The notes beneath the pieces were generated by a model that was given only the letters and a program-made list of their open reading frames with translations, was not told where the DNA came from and did not search any database. DNA of 63,626 nt, filler included, from Octopus bimaculoides (lineage: Eukaryota), in NCBI RefSeq assembly GCF_001194135.2. It is 9 parts of 7 records of this genome, joined end to end, with 100 filler letters (N's around TTAATTAATTAA, not from the genome) between each part and the next. Parts side by side here need not be neighbours in the genome. Positions count along the whole stretch, not along the records: positions 43,277 to 52,569 come from NC_068991.1; positions 52,670 to 63,626 come from NC_068988.1; 7 more parts are not named here. One strand, 5' to 3'. Of the stretch, positions 47,531-60,212 are shown piece by piece. The position numbers and the translations under genes were made by a program. Each line of letters opens with the position of its first letter. Positions within the stretch are counted from its first letter, which is position 1.

Positions 47531-48940
47531 AAATAGAGGAGGACAATGGAATATATCGCCCCAATAAATGACTGGTATTTTCTTTACCGTTTCCAGGTGT
47601 GTGAAAACAAAGTTGACAACAGCGGTTTTTGTCCGGCATTCCACTAATCCACTACCCTACCTCATCAGTCAAACCCCATATCCGTCGTGTACCGGATAAA
47701 CATGTTACCGAATAACGACAACAACATATACATATATTTTCTTTTTTTACTACAACAAGGACCCATTGATTCATATAATGTTTATTATAATTGGATTAGA
47801 AAACAGGTGGGATATATACACATGGTTTTATATGAAACAACAGAGAATGGAACGGAAACGTTATACAACGTTATACAACATGACATAAGAAATAGCTAAA
47901 CATAGATAAATCAGTAAGCATCTGTGTGTATATGTATGTATGATTGCACACATATATAAATACATGCATACATGTGTGTATACATGCAATTGAGTCAATA
48001 ATAAATTAAAATAGACATATATGTACCATGATTAATGTATAAAAACTGATGATGGGCCAAATACTCGCTGCTGACAAAACCCAGAGACATAAATTCGCAT
48101 TTAGCAACGAAACTACGACTGCTAAACGATTCTTTTTTTTTTTACACTGTATGTATCTATGAGATAATGAGAGGAAAAAGCCTAATTAACTGCGCTTTTT
48201 CCTCTCATTATCTCTAAGTATGATACACAGATTGATATATGTATATATGTATGCATATATGTGTGAGTTTGTATGTATATACTTTTACTAGTATATATAT
48301 ATATACTAGTAAAAGTCAGATTGACTCTTGCTTGCTTGCTTGCAATGTTACTCAACCAAACTGGCGCATAATGGGAGAATACCATGAATTAAGTTTACCC
48401 TGAAATGTTAATACGAACGGAATGATACAGGTTTCGCGTAAATTGGTAAAGTGGTTTTCGAGATATTAGAGGCATAAATACCCAAAACGGTACATAATGA
48501 GAAAATGTTCCGAAAATAATCTTCATCCTGAAAGGAAAGATATTCTTATTTTTCTATTAGACACTGAGTTGACAACGAAAAAATACGATTTTTTTTTACA
48601 GTAAATGTTTCTATTTTCGCTTTTGCTAAATACTAGATTTTAATCATTTAGAAATATTTTTAAGTGACTGTGATTTCAAAAGTGTAAGTTGTTTGTACAG
48701 TAAGTATTTATATTATAGCTTTCTTTAAACAGACAATATTTTAATGTTTTTTAAAATTATTTTCAAGTGAATACCCTTACAAAAAAATTCTTTTGGCATA
48801 TGTAAAAAATAGTTTAAAGTGAAAATTACTTTAAAAATACGGTAAATATTTCGTAAAAGTTCCGTTCGTAACCTCGGTGGGAAATAGTTTTTTACCAATG
48901 GTTTTTTTAATTTCCAGTGGATTCAATGTATCTCACATCC

Positions 48941-49059
48941 AAAGATTTGGCTGCAATTTCTAGCACGCCCTACTACCACGTAACAGCTATTTGCGATAAA
49001 GGACCCGAGATGCATGTTACGTGGTAGCAAGGTGTGCAAGACATAGCAGCCAAATCTTT
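48941..49059. other. 119-nt near-perfect hairpin in otherwise unique sequence
   Basis: 48941-48985 pairs with 49015-49059 without gaps: 39 Watson-Crick, 1 G-U, 5 mismatches; pairing continues towards a ~10-nt loop. Confidence 0.95.
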
Positions 49060-49479
49060 CCTGTTCTGGGGAAAGGAGCCGTTTACACATGATTTCGATG
49101 TCACATTCGTTGAAAGTATGTGAAATAACCTGGAAAAGAAAAATACCCACAAAACAAAACTTCATTGCTAGGTAACTCAGAGTTTCCCGGAGACCGAACG
49201 GGTCACGGGTAGTCTAGTCTAATATATATATAAAACAGTAAATACATGGGGAGGAGTACAAAAAGTAGTCTGAGTGAGAAGGCAACAATGACAACAACAA
49301 GCATAACAATGGAAACAATAACAGCATTAACAAACAAGGAAGAAATAGGGACTCCAAGAAATCAGTGAGTTGACAGAGGGGAGAAAGGAAATGAAGTTGG
49401 GGTATCAAGTTACTTGGGAATATAATTTATACGAAAGGAATCGTGATTCTATCTCTATGTACCATCCTTCTCCTCCCCT

Positions 49480-49960
49480 TCCTCTCCTCATCATCATCCT
49501 CACTACCACAACCACCACCACCACCATCATCATCATCCCTATCATCAACACTACTATCATTATCAGCATCATCATCATCACCATCACCATCGTCACCATC
49601 ATCATCATCACAACCGACACAGTTCTCATCATCATCATCATCATCATCATCACCACTACCGTCATCGTCACCATTATCACCACCATTGTCATCACCATCA
49701 ACAACCCACCATCATCACCACCACCAACATCACCATGATCATCGTCACTACAACTACCGCCGCCACCACTACCATCATTTCCATCGTTACTATCGCCATC
49801 AATCTCACCACTATTATCACTGCCTTTGTCGACACCACTATTTTCATCACCACTACTTTCATCACCGCCACTACCAGCACTATAAGCAACATCCCTACCA
49901 CCACCACCTTTGCCATCATTCCCATCACCACACTCGTTTCGTCATCACCACCACCATAAC
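49480..49960. repeat. (CAT/CAC)n low-complexity tract
   Basis: Read directly; explains the His/Thr/Ile-rich pseudo-ORFs. Confidence 0.9.
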
Positions 49961-50260
49961 TAATGAACAAAGGGCCTATCCAATTTAATCTGTTTCATAA
50001 AACGACGAATTGGTAGCTGGTTAGACGATCGAGGCGACAGTCCTTCGGTATTTGTCTCGGATCTCTATGCTCTGAGTAAAGATTCCGTCCAGGATCACAT
50101 TACATTCAACATCTTCAACATCGAACCTTGGTCAAAATTGTCTCTGATCTGCTATCGTAGCTAACACCCACTGTAGTTGTGATGTCTCAAACGACAGGAG
50201 GCAATGGTCACGTAACTGAATCTCCAGAAAAATCGAAAGACCCGCGTTGCAAACATCAGC

Positions 50261-50390
50261 AGCAACAGCAACAGCAGCAGAAATAGAAGCAGCAGCAGCG
50301 GCGGCGGCAGCAGCGGCAGCAGCGGCAGCAGCGGCAGCAGCGGCAGCAGCGGCAGCAGCGGCAGCAGCGGCAGCAGCGGCAGCAGCGGCA
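50261..50390. repeat. (CAG)-like tract resolving into 9-bp (GCAGCGGCA)n, cut by gap
   Basis: Read directly. Confidence 0.9.
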
Positions 50391-51231
50391 NNNNNNNNNN
50401 NNNNNNNNNNNNNNNNNNNNNNNNNNNNNNNNNNNNNNNNNNNNNNNNNNNNNNNNNNNNNNNNNNNNNNNNNNNNNNNNNNNNNNNNNNNNNNNNNNNN
50501 NNNNNNNNNNNNNNNNNNNNNNNNNNNNNNNNNNNNNNNNNNNNNNNNNNNNNNNNNNNNNNNNNNNNNNNNNNNNNNNNNNNNNNNNNNNNNNNNNNNN
50601 NNNNNNNNNNNNNNNNNNNNNNNNNNNNNNNNNNNNNNNNNNNNNNNNNNNNNNNNNNNNNNNNNNNNNNNNNNNNNNNNNNNNNNNNNNNNNNNNNNNN
50701 NNNNNNNNNNNNNNNNNNNNNNNNNNNNNNNNNNNNNNNNNNNNNNNNNNNNNNNNNNNNNNNNNNNNNNNNNNNNNNNNNNNNNNNNNNNNNNNNNNNN
50801 NNNNNNNNNNNNNNNNNNNNNNNNNNNNNNNNNNNNNNNNNNNNNNNNNNNNNNNNNNNNNNNNNNNNNNNNNNNNNNNNNNNNNNNNNNNNNNNNNNNN
50901 NNNNNNNNNNNNNNNNNNNNNNNNNNNNNNNNNNNNNNNNNNNNNNNNNNNNNNNNNNNNNNNNNNNNNNNNNNNNNNNNNNNNNNNNNNNNNNNNNNNN
51001 NNNNNNNNNNNNNNNNNNNNNNNNNNNNNNNNNNNNNNNNNNNNNNNNNNNNNNNNNNNNNNNNNNNNNNNNNNNNNNNNNNNNNNNNNNNNNNNNNNNN
51101 NNNNNNNNNNNNNNNNNNNNNTGAGTTTAAATTCAGCCGAGATCGACTTTGCTTTCATCTTTTCAGGGTAGCTTAGGAGTCGATGTAGTCGCCTATTCCC
51201 TACCTACAATGCTTCAGACCTTGTGCATATA

Positions 51232-51290
<59 letters not shown>

Positions 51291-51325
51291 TTCTCATGAA
51301 ATAATTCTTTCTGCTAAAAAATCTG

Positions 51326-51603
51326 GTACTCTGTCAGTTACGACGACGAGTGTTCCAGTTGATCTGATCAACGGAACAGCCAGTTCGTGAAATTAACGTG
51401 CAAGTGGCTGAGCACTCCACAGACACGTGTACCCTTAACGTAGTTCTCAGGAAGGTTGAGCATGACACAGAATGTGATAAGGCTGACCCTATGAAATACT
51501 GGTACAACTCATTTATGCCAGATGAGTAGACTGAAGCAGGGAATCGAATTCACATCCTTACGATCGTGAGCCGAATATCCGAACCACTAAACCACGTGCC
51601 TTC
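51326..51603 (-). mobile_element. SINE with D-like head (internally deleted) and C-type core
   Basis: rc head TGAAGGCACGTGGTTTAGTGG..TTCGATTCCC; core GTGGCTGAGCACTCCACAGACACGTGTACCCTTAACGTAGTTCTC. Confidence 0.85.
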
Positions 51604-51660
51604 ATTTCTTTCTACAAAAACACGAGACAAATACATTTAACGTAAGAGATGCAGGAGAAG

Positions 51661-51688
51661 TGGTGGTGGTGGTGGTGGTGGTGCTGCT

Positions 51689-51749
<61 letters not shown>

Positions 51750-51980
51750 GTGGTGGTGCTGGTGCTGATGCTGGTTACGATGATGCTCATGTCAGTAATG
51801 ATGATATTGGTCGTGATGGTCCTGACGGAAGTGTTGGTGGAGATGATGTTGAAAGTTATGGTGGTGCGATGGTGGAGATGGTTGGTGGTCGTCTTCGCGA
51901 TGATAATAATGTCGCTGAGGATGACGCTAGTGGTGGTGGTGGTGGTGGTGCTGGTGGTGGTGGTGGTGCTGGTGCTGGTG
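51661..51980. repeat. (GGT/GCT/GAT)n low-complexity tract
   Basis: Read directly. Confidence 0.9.
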
Positions 51981-52669
51981 ATAATATCAGTGTTAGAAAT
52001 TGGAATCTTTTCTCTTCCATTTATTCCCGTGTTTTTAACAGTGTATCTTAGCTCTGATCCGATGTTTGACAATTTGTTAAAACTGCGCAACACAGCAACA
52101 ACAATAATAACAGCAATAACAACAGCAAAAACACCAACAGCAAGGGCAACAACAACAACAACAGGCCGAAAGAGACAGTGAAAAGATTAGGATTTCAAAA
52201 TTAATAACAAAATATAAAATAAGATGTTAATTTTGTTCAATTTTTGTTTGTGTTTTTAATTTTCTCTTTAATTCCATAGAAGTAAGCAGGCGTTATTACT
52301 TAAAAGTCTAATTTGTTAATAAATTATTAAATAGTAACAGGCAAAGAAGTGAAAGCAATAAAAGAAGCACAAGAACAAGACCAACAACAACAACAACTGC
52401 ATCAGGAAAAGTGATCAATTAAAAATAGTTTTCAATCATAACTTAATTTAAAATGTTTACACCAGATTTTTCACGCTCGTTCCAACGAAACAAGAAATTG
52501 CTCTGTTCATATAATTAATTAGACTGTAGTCCGTATATATATATATATATATATATATAAATATATATANNNNNNNNNNNNNNNNNNNNNNNNNNNNNNN
52601 NNNNNNNNNNNNNTTAATTAATTAANNNNNNNNNNNNNNNNNNNNNNNNNNNNNNNNNNNNNNNNNNNN

Positions 52670-53340
52670 GTATTGGTTTCACGTCTTGGCACAAGTTCGT
52701 GGGCTGGGATAAGTTTGTTACATCAATCCCAGGGCTCAACTAGCACATATTTTGCATACCAAAAAAGTACGAAATGCAAAATCGATCTCGACAGAATTTG
52801 AATTCGGAACGTAAAAACGTACGAACTGCCACTTAGCGTCATACCCCGCGTGCTACATTGATCTAGTATTGATTTCAAATATCGGCACAAGGCCAGTAAT
52901 TTCGGGGGAGGGGGAAAGTCGATTACATCGACCCCAGTGTTCAACTGGTACTTATCTTATCGACCCCCGATAGGATGAAAAACAAAGTCAAGCTGGGTGG
53001 CATTTGAACTCAGAACGTAAAGACAGACGAAATGCCGTTAAGCAGTTTACCCGGCATGCTAATGTTTTGCCTGCTTGCTGCCTTACATTAACCTAGTATT
53101 AATAGCATCAATAAAGCGGCGCACTGGCAGAATCGCGAGCACACTGCGGCAAAAATGCTTCACCGTATTTCGTTGATCGTTATCTTCTGAGTTCAAATGC
53201 TGCCACGGTCAACTTTGCCTTTCATTATTTCGGGGTCGATAAAATAAGTACTAATTGAGCTCTATGGTTGATAAAATAAGTACAAGTAATAGACTAACAC
53301 CTTCCTCCAATATTGCTTATCTAGTGCCCAAATGTGAAAC
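52670..53340. mobile_element. Cluster of three SINE A copies (-, -, +)
   Basis: 52670-52860 (-), 52870-53090 (-), 53114-53340 (+); the last two are head-to-head. Confidence 0.85.
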
Positions 53341-55061
53341 TAATATTAATAATATCAATGTAGCATTAACCATATTAATATCAACTTAATATTAATGTCT
53401 TCGTACGTTGAACTCCTGATAGAAATTGCTATGAGTCTTCGAGTTATCCGATGATTAATGTAGTGTATTTTGTATTAATTGCATGACATATCATCTTCCG
53501 TTTCCTAATGTTTCTTGAGAAAAGTTTACCATTTTATACTTTTCAGAGTAGAAACATGTATTTATTGTTCAACACGTAATGCATAGTACGAAAGTAGGAG
53601 TGCTGCTCAAGTGTAGTATTTTGTATTGTATTTACGAAAATAATATTTTTTATTCCCAGTTTTTGGATTAAACTTCAATCTACAGCTTAGTGTGAATATT
53701 GGAATGTAGTCAACGTTTCAATTATTACAAATGCTATTTTCTCTTCTTTCTTTTTTCCATTATATGCAGAATTACCTTTTAACATCTTTATATCTCACAA
53801 AATAAGTCAATGAACAATGAATTAATAAAATGTATTCAGAGTTACGTATCATCATAGTTGTGTAGGAAAATGAAATGAGCTGGTAGTTCGGTCAAGAGAT
53901 ATCTTCGTCCACAAAGCTGGACTCTTTTAGCTACATTTAAATCTTTTTCATCGAGGAAGTTTATGCAAACTAACAAGAGTTCGTTTGAATTTGTCGATAT
54001 CAATATTTGCTTTGCAGAAGAATTATTGTACCACGCAGCCAGGTCATAACCCACATACAGAAACGATACTTGTCTACTTGTAAAATTGGAACGTAAGTTT
54101 TCGTACATAATATTCATGATTCAGATTAAGACATTTTCCCCGTCAGTATTATATTATTTGTGGCATATCATCTTCCTTTTCCTATTGTTTAATAGGAATA
54201 GTTCCATTTTCTCTTTTCTTCGTTGAAGTAATTATTCAATATAAAACATAGCATGGCAGCTCGAATCCAACTAAAATTTATTATTCTATTGTATCATTCG
54301 TCAATGTAAATCATAGCACGAATAGTCTAATTTTGTCAAAGTTGCGCATTATATTCTATATTGTTGTCTTTTTCTATCGTGTGTAGACGCAAGTTTTCAA
54401 ATGTTTATATTTCTTTGATATATTTTTGTACTGAGATTTTGTATAACATGAAAACTGGTGAGCTATCATAATGGAACTAACGTCTGTTGTGTAACAAAAT
54501 TTTCTATCATGCAGCCAGGTACCACTATCAACAAAACCCTACAAGTACTTGTAATCACACATGTATGGAAGAAAAGCTACGTACATTTTATCATTGATTT
54601 AGTAACTGGTGTAGCATTGTCTTGTCATTAATATCTCTGAATGAAACACTCCGCCAGGCTGCAGCTCTCGATGATAAAGTACAAAGGATAAAACAGTGAA
54701 CATGTACACTTGATACAGAAATATTCAACATATGTTCAAGAGAAGTGCAATGTTAACACACAAGTAACGTGCAAATTAACTATATTTGGATATCAAATTC
54801 ATCAATCCACATGTAAAAACAATATAACTGAACGTGTATACAGGTACGATGCATATAAGTGAGGTGTTTTTTGTCGAAAATCTACAATGTGCCTTTTGTA
54901 GAAGATACACAGGATAAGAGGGACAACTAGAAAGAGATTACTAGAAGTGGAGTGCTCCGATTTAAAGATAATAGGTCACACAGAAAAGTTGATAAAAAAT
55001 CAGGATTGGGTGCTATACAAGAGACCACATTAATATTGGAAAACGAATATTGATATGCTTA

Positions 55062-55270
55062 GCAAGCTGGTAGAATCGCTGGCACGCCGGACAAAATGCT
55101 TGGCGCCACTTCGTCCGTCTTTAAGTTCTAATTTCAACTTATACCGAGCTTGAGTTTTTACCTTTCATCCTTTCGGGGGTCGATAAAACAGTTGAACACT
55201 GTGATCGATATAATCGACTTTCACACTCCCTCTGAAATGACTGGCCTTGTGCCAAACTTTGAAATCAATA
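55062..55270 (+). mobile_element. SINE A copy
   Basis: GCAAGCTGGTAGAATCG head, CCTTTCATCCTTTCGGGGGTCGATAAAA core, GGCCTTGTGCCAAACTTTGAAATCAATA tail. Confidence 0.85.
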
Positions 55271-56898
55271 TGTTAATGAGCTTAGTAAAAAAAAAAAGAA
55301 GCTAAATACATACACTGTAAGAAAGTATTGCACATACACATAAAAACAGGTATATCTTAGCAATATATACTTCCATACATAGATATATTTATATGTATAT
55401 ATTCATATTTTAATGCACGTAACAATTATCAATATGTAAATATATAAAAAAAATACACGCATATCTGTATATACACATGTTAGTGTTAATACATATTTCT
55501 GCATGCTGCGATATTATTCATTTCCAGAATCTGACATTTGTCTACAAGATAATCCGTCCCACTTTACACTGTTTTTTATTCAATTGCTTTATGATTCGTA
55601 ATTACATTAGTGTGTTTAACGAACGAAGATCAGATCGTAAATGTCGTTCACTGCAGGCAAATCTTTTCAAAGTCTCAGCAAAAAATAAAAACAACAGAAA
55701 AAATTTGATATAAACAAATACGAAATAAGGCGTAAAATGCAAAATAAAAATTTCTTCATTCAGTTATATCATACAATACATACACACACGCACGCACCTC
55801 CCCCCCCCTCATATATATATATATATATAGTGAGATAGAGAGATAGATAGAATAGTAGACGTCTAGATAGGTAGGGAGTCAGATAAATTGATAGATATTA
55901 GATATATGCAAATAAATTTCCTCGTATTTGCACTCACATATGTAAATAAATTTATCCGTTGTATACACAATGTGATAATTCTAAACATTGGCATCAGTAA
56001 ATAGAAACCAATTAATATCCTCCTTCCTACAACACACCCTAAAAAAATTATCAAAAAAATGCTTTTACGTTATTATTAAATATTTTATCGAATGAATTTA
56101 TTTGTTTCACTTTTCTTCTCTGATATATTTACTTATGTATTTCTATCTATTCAGTTGCTGCTTGTTTCATTTTTCTTTTACTTTTTCATGTATGTCTTGT
56201 GTTTTGCCGTTTTCAATTAAAACATTTTCACTTCACTTTTTATGTTTGTTCGCTGTTTACCTATAAAATCCTTTCCAAATATAACTCTTTGATAATTTTT
56301 AGAAATATGTTAATTAAATTTTCAAAGATATTTGTCTTTAATTAAATCTGATTTATTTATTTAGTTAATAATTCAAACATTTATTTATCCATTTAATTTC
56401 TATTCTTATGGTTGTTATTGTTGCTGTTAATATTATTATTACTTTTATTGTTTCAACGATCACGTTTCTCAGAAATATATTTTCTCAGGTTTTTATGACG
56501 GACAAAACGGTTTCGAATATTTCAATCTCATCTCCAGTACCTCGGAGTATACAAAAAGATTCATTCATAGGAATTTGTACACATCAATATTTTTGCTGGC
56601 ATCCATTTTGCTTTGTTTATTGCCGGTTTAATATAGCAATATTTGGGATATCGACTCACGCGCACAAAAAAGTGTAACAACTAAACAGAAAACGAGCAAT
56701 TTCATAAAAAGGTAATCAAAGCAATAAAACATTCAGAACTGAATATATAAACTCAAGTGAGAATGGAAAATGTATTAGCGAGAGTAACTGATTCTGTAAA
56801 AACGTTATACGCCACAAAACAATCTTCGATCGATAAAAGCCAACTCGATGTAAGGGGGAACGAAAAGGGATAACATGAGGCAAAAAATGCAGTACCTA

Positions 56899-56959
56899 TA
56901 CGATCTACGATATACGATCTACGATATACGATCTACGATATACGATCTACGATGTACGA
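56899..56959 (+). repeat. 14-bp minisatellite (TACGATCTACGATA) x4+
   Basis: Read directly. Confidence 0.9.
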
Positions 56960-59020
56960 AATTAACATAAAAATATAGACCTTATGTATGTCTTCAAAAG
57001 TGTTACTGGAGTAAATCATGAAATTTGTGGCTGCTGGATAGGAGTACCATTGTCCGAGCAGTGTATATAGATGCACGTGGACACACTTTAGGCCCCAGCA
57101 TAAGGCAGGAAGACAGGTAGTGCTGGTGCCCACACGAAAATGATACGAGCTAGTGATGCACTCTATAAATATTTTAAAATGACTACAAATGTCATAGCTC
57201 GACATACTGCTACTGACGTTGAACCACGATTGGGCATTATATAATGGTACAGTATGAGCAAGTGGTGCATCCAGAAGTGATCGGTAAGATCCGTGGATCT
57301 GCGCAGAAATCCATTTCCAAATAGTAATCGAAGCTTAAAAGGTTGTTCAAAAATTATAACCCATAAGTGTGTGATAAGGATGACAATAAAATTGGCAGAC
57401 TAACGGGAATAACTCTCATGTATGGTGAGGTAAGGGCTTGAATCCTGAAAGTCTTCTGTACAGAGGGGCGAAAGCAAAAATTGGAGATAAGCGCTAGACG
57501 ACTAAGTCTCATAGATAAAGGCCGTTGCTATTTCCAGGAAATCACGCTGATTGTAATTCTGAGAATAATCAGGGAAGAAGAAAATCTACAAATTTCATCA
57601 TTAGTATTGCATGCAGTAGTGATAGATGTCTAGTTAAGGCAAAGAGAAATTGAGGTATACCCTCTGTTAGTAGAAGTTTGGATAAAATCTAGAAGTAGCC
57701 GGACTATTCTTTTGTGTTTCGTCGATGGAAACGAGATGGACAATGGGTAAAAATGGGAACCTATTAGAGACAATAAAAATAAAAAGAAATGCGGCAAAAT
57801 AATGGGCTCGTATTAAAAACATGTTCGAAGCTGGAAGTATCCCACAAAAAATCACCTAACTCTATGTAATGCCTTACATTCTCGGTTCTTGAAACAACCA
57901 ACGGTAACCTGATCTACTAAAAATTTCGATGGAAGACTAAAGCAAAAGCTTTACGGATTGACAATGAAAAAGTGTTTCAATTTATAGAATACCAGAATGA
58001 TAGAATATCTAATAATCTGTCATGGTTAATGTTCTTGACTAAAAATGAAGTTGATCTTTAATAATTTAAGAAGAACCACATAACTGTACCTAGAGTAGAA
58101 GCCGATCAGAATTGTAGTTGCTGTACCGTCAGCTTCTCACTTTCTTCTTTTCTTTTTCGGTTTTAATTGAAGGGAGAAATTTTAAGTGGTCCTACAGTCC
58201 CAGGTGTAGCAGCTGTGATAGGAAAACCTTTGTGTCCTGCTTGGCCAGGTCTTTTATGCACATACAATGGTTCACAGCTTCGAAATCTTTCAATGATGCT
58301 TAAGGGTTATTAGAGATTTAATATCCGTTTAGGTTCCATCCAATCATAGATTGTTTCTGCTTATTTCTAATACAGTTATACACAACTCGTCTCAATGCTT
58401 TCTATATAGCATTTGTGAAAGCTGGATCTTGTACATTTACATGCCTGTGCGTCTGAACGTGCAGAAGTATGGGTTTGTTTATGTGCATTTAAATGTGCAA
58501 GCCTTTGATAAATACTTTCAGCTTTCTTTTATGCATTAAATATTTTTCGAAAACTAGAAGACTGGTCATATCATGCGAACTTCTACTGTTGGATGACATA
58601 GTCACTGCTTTCATTCTTTTTCTTTCATTCCATATCAATTTTTCCATTCTTAGTGTTGCTGTCACCGCCTCTTTCCTTCCCATTGTTACAGATAGCTTAT
58701 TCCCTCCACTAACATAACGGAACACAATATGACATAGCAGGACATAGGAATAGCATAACAATGACATATTGCTTAGTGATTCCTTATTAATTCTGTCAGC
58801 AAATTCATTCTAGTGATATCTCTCACGGTCTCGTCTGATACAAATCCATATTTTCAATGATAACGAGATACGTTTTCACATTACCAGAGGTCAGAGGACC
58901 CGTCTTATAAATCATCACCACACTCATAAACATTTCATAAAAGTTTTGTTTTTATTTTACAAAATTAATTTAAAATTATATTCTTTCTCTCAATATTTCT
59001 AGTTAATACATAAGTACGTG

Positions 59021-59113
<93 letters not shown>

Positions 59114-59924
59114 ATATATAGGTATGTATATATGCGTGTATATATATATATGTGTGTGTATGTGTGTGTGTGTATAAGCACTTGTGTGTACATATGTATA
59201 TATATATGTGTCTGCAAGTGAGTATCTGTGTGTAAACAACAATGTGAACACGATGTCACTGGTTATATTATCTTCTCTTATCAAGAGTTTGAGCCCCTCC
59301 CTGCTACGTAATTGATCTGTCATTGTCGGAATATCAATCTGATGAGAGGTTTTTCATTTCTGTTTTGTTATGACCTTGCTCCCTATCAGATCATGGAACT
59401 CTGTGCCATCAATTTATTCTCCTAGCATAACACTGACATATTTAGACTTAGTTCTGTATGAAAAGTTCCACTGCAAAAATCAATCTGGATATCTAACAGT
59501 TTGTTTGACAGTGTGTAGTTTTTCAAAACCATATTTCATTTATTCAATCAATACATATTTTTCTTCACACACATGCGCTCAAATATGTGCTTATATGTAT
59601 ATGTGCGTGTATGTATAATATGTAATACATATATGTATGTGTGTGTGTTTGTGTGTGTATAAAATATGTATGCATATATATATATATANNNNNNNNNNNN
59701 NNNNNNNNNNNNNNNNNNNNNNNNNNNNNNNNNNNNNNNNNNNNNNNNNNNNNNNNNNNNNNNNNNNNNNNNNNNNNNNNNNNNNNNNNNNNNNNNNNNN
59801 NNNNNNNNNNNNNNNNNNNNNNNNNNNNNNNNNNNNNNNNNNNNNNNNNNNNNNNNNNNNNNNNNNNNNNNNNNNNNNNNNNNNNNNNNTAAACGAAACG
59901 TAAAACGTACAAATTAAAAAAAAA

Positions 59925-60212
59925 AAATTACGCCCTTTTAAAGTCTAGCCAGGCTCATGGGCCCGGTTTCCCGGTTTCTATGACGTATGTGCCCCCCCTC
60001 CCCAGCTGGACAGGACGTCAGTCCTTCGCGGCGTTACTCAAGAAACAGTGAGAGAAAGTTGGGGCACAAGAGTACAACCGGGGTCGCCGCCACCCTCTGC
60101 CGGAGCCTCGTGGAGCTTTAGGTGATTTCGGTCAATAAACACACATAACGCCCGGTCTGGGAATCGAAACCGCGAGTCCGCTGCCCTAACCACTGGGCCA
60201 TTGCGCCTCCAC
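59925..60212 (-). mobile_element. SINE with C-type head but V-SINE-like 3' module
   Basis: Head nearly identical to 41966 copy through CTTTCTCTCACT, then GGACTGACGTCCTGTCCAGC..CATAGAAACCGGGAAACCGGGCCCATGAGCC instead of the C core. Confidence 0.8.

Noticed and set aside
11119-52625. TTAATTAATTAA appearing eight times (11119, 15081, 20074, 23392, 26844, 34782, 43221, 52614), superficially like a spaced repeat
   Set aside because: Where counted it sits between 44 N on each side (100 bp in total) and gives stops in all six frames: a scaffolding gap marker, not biology
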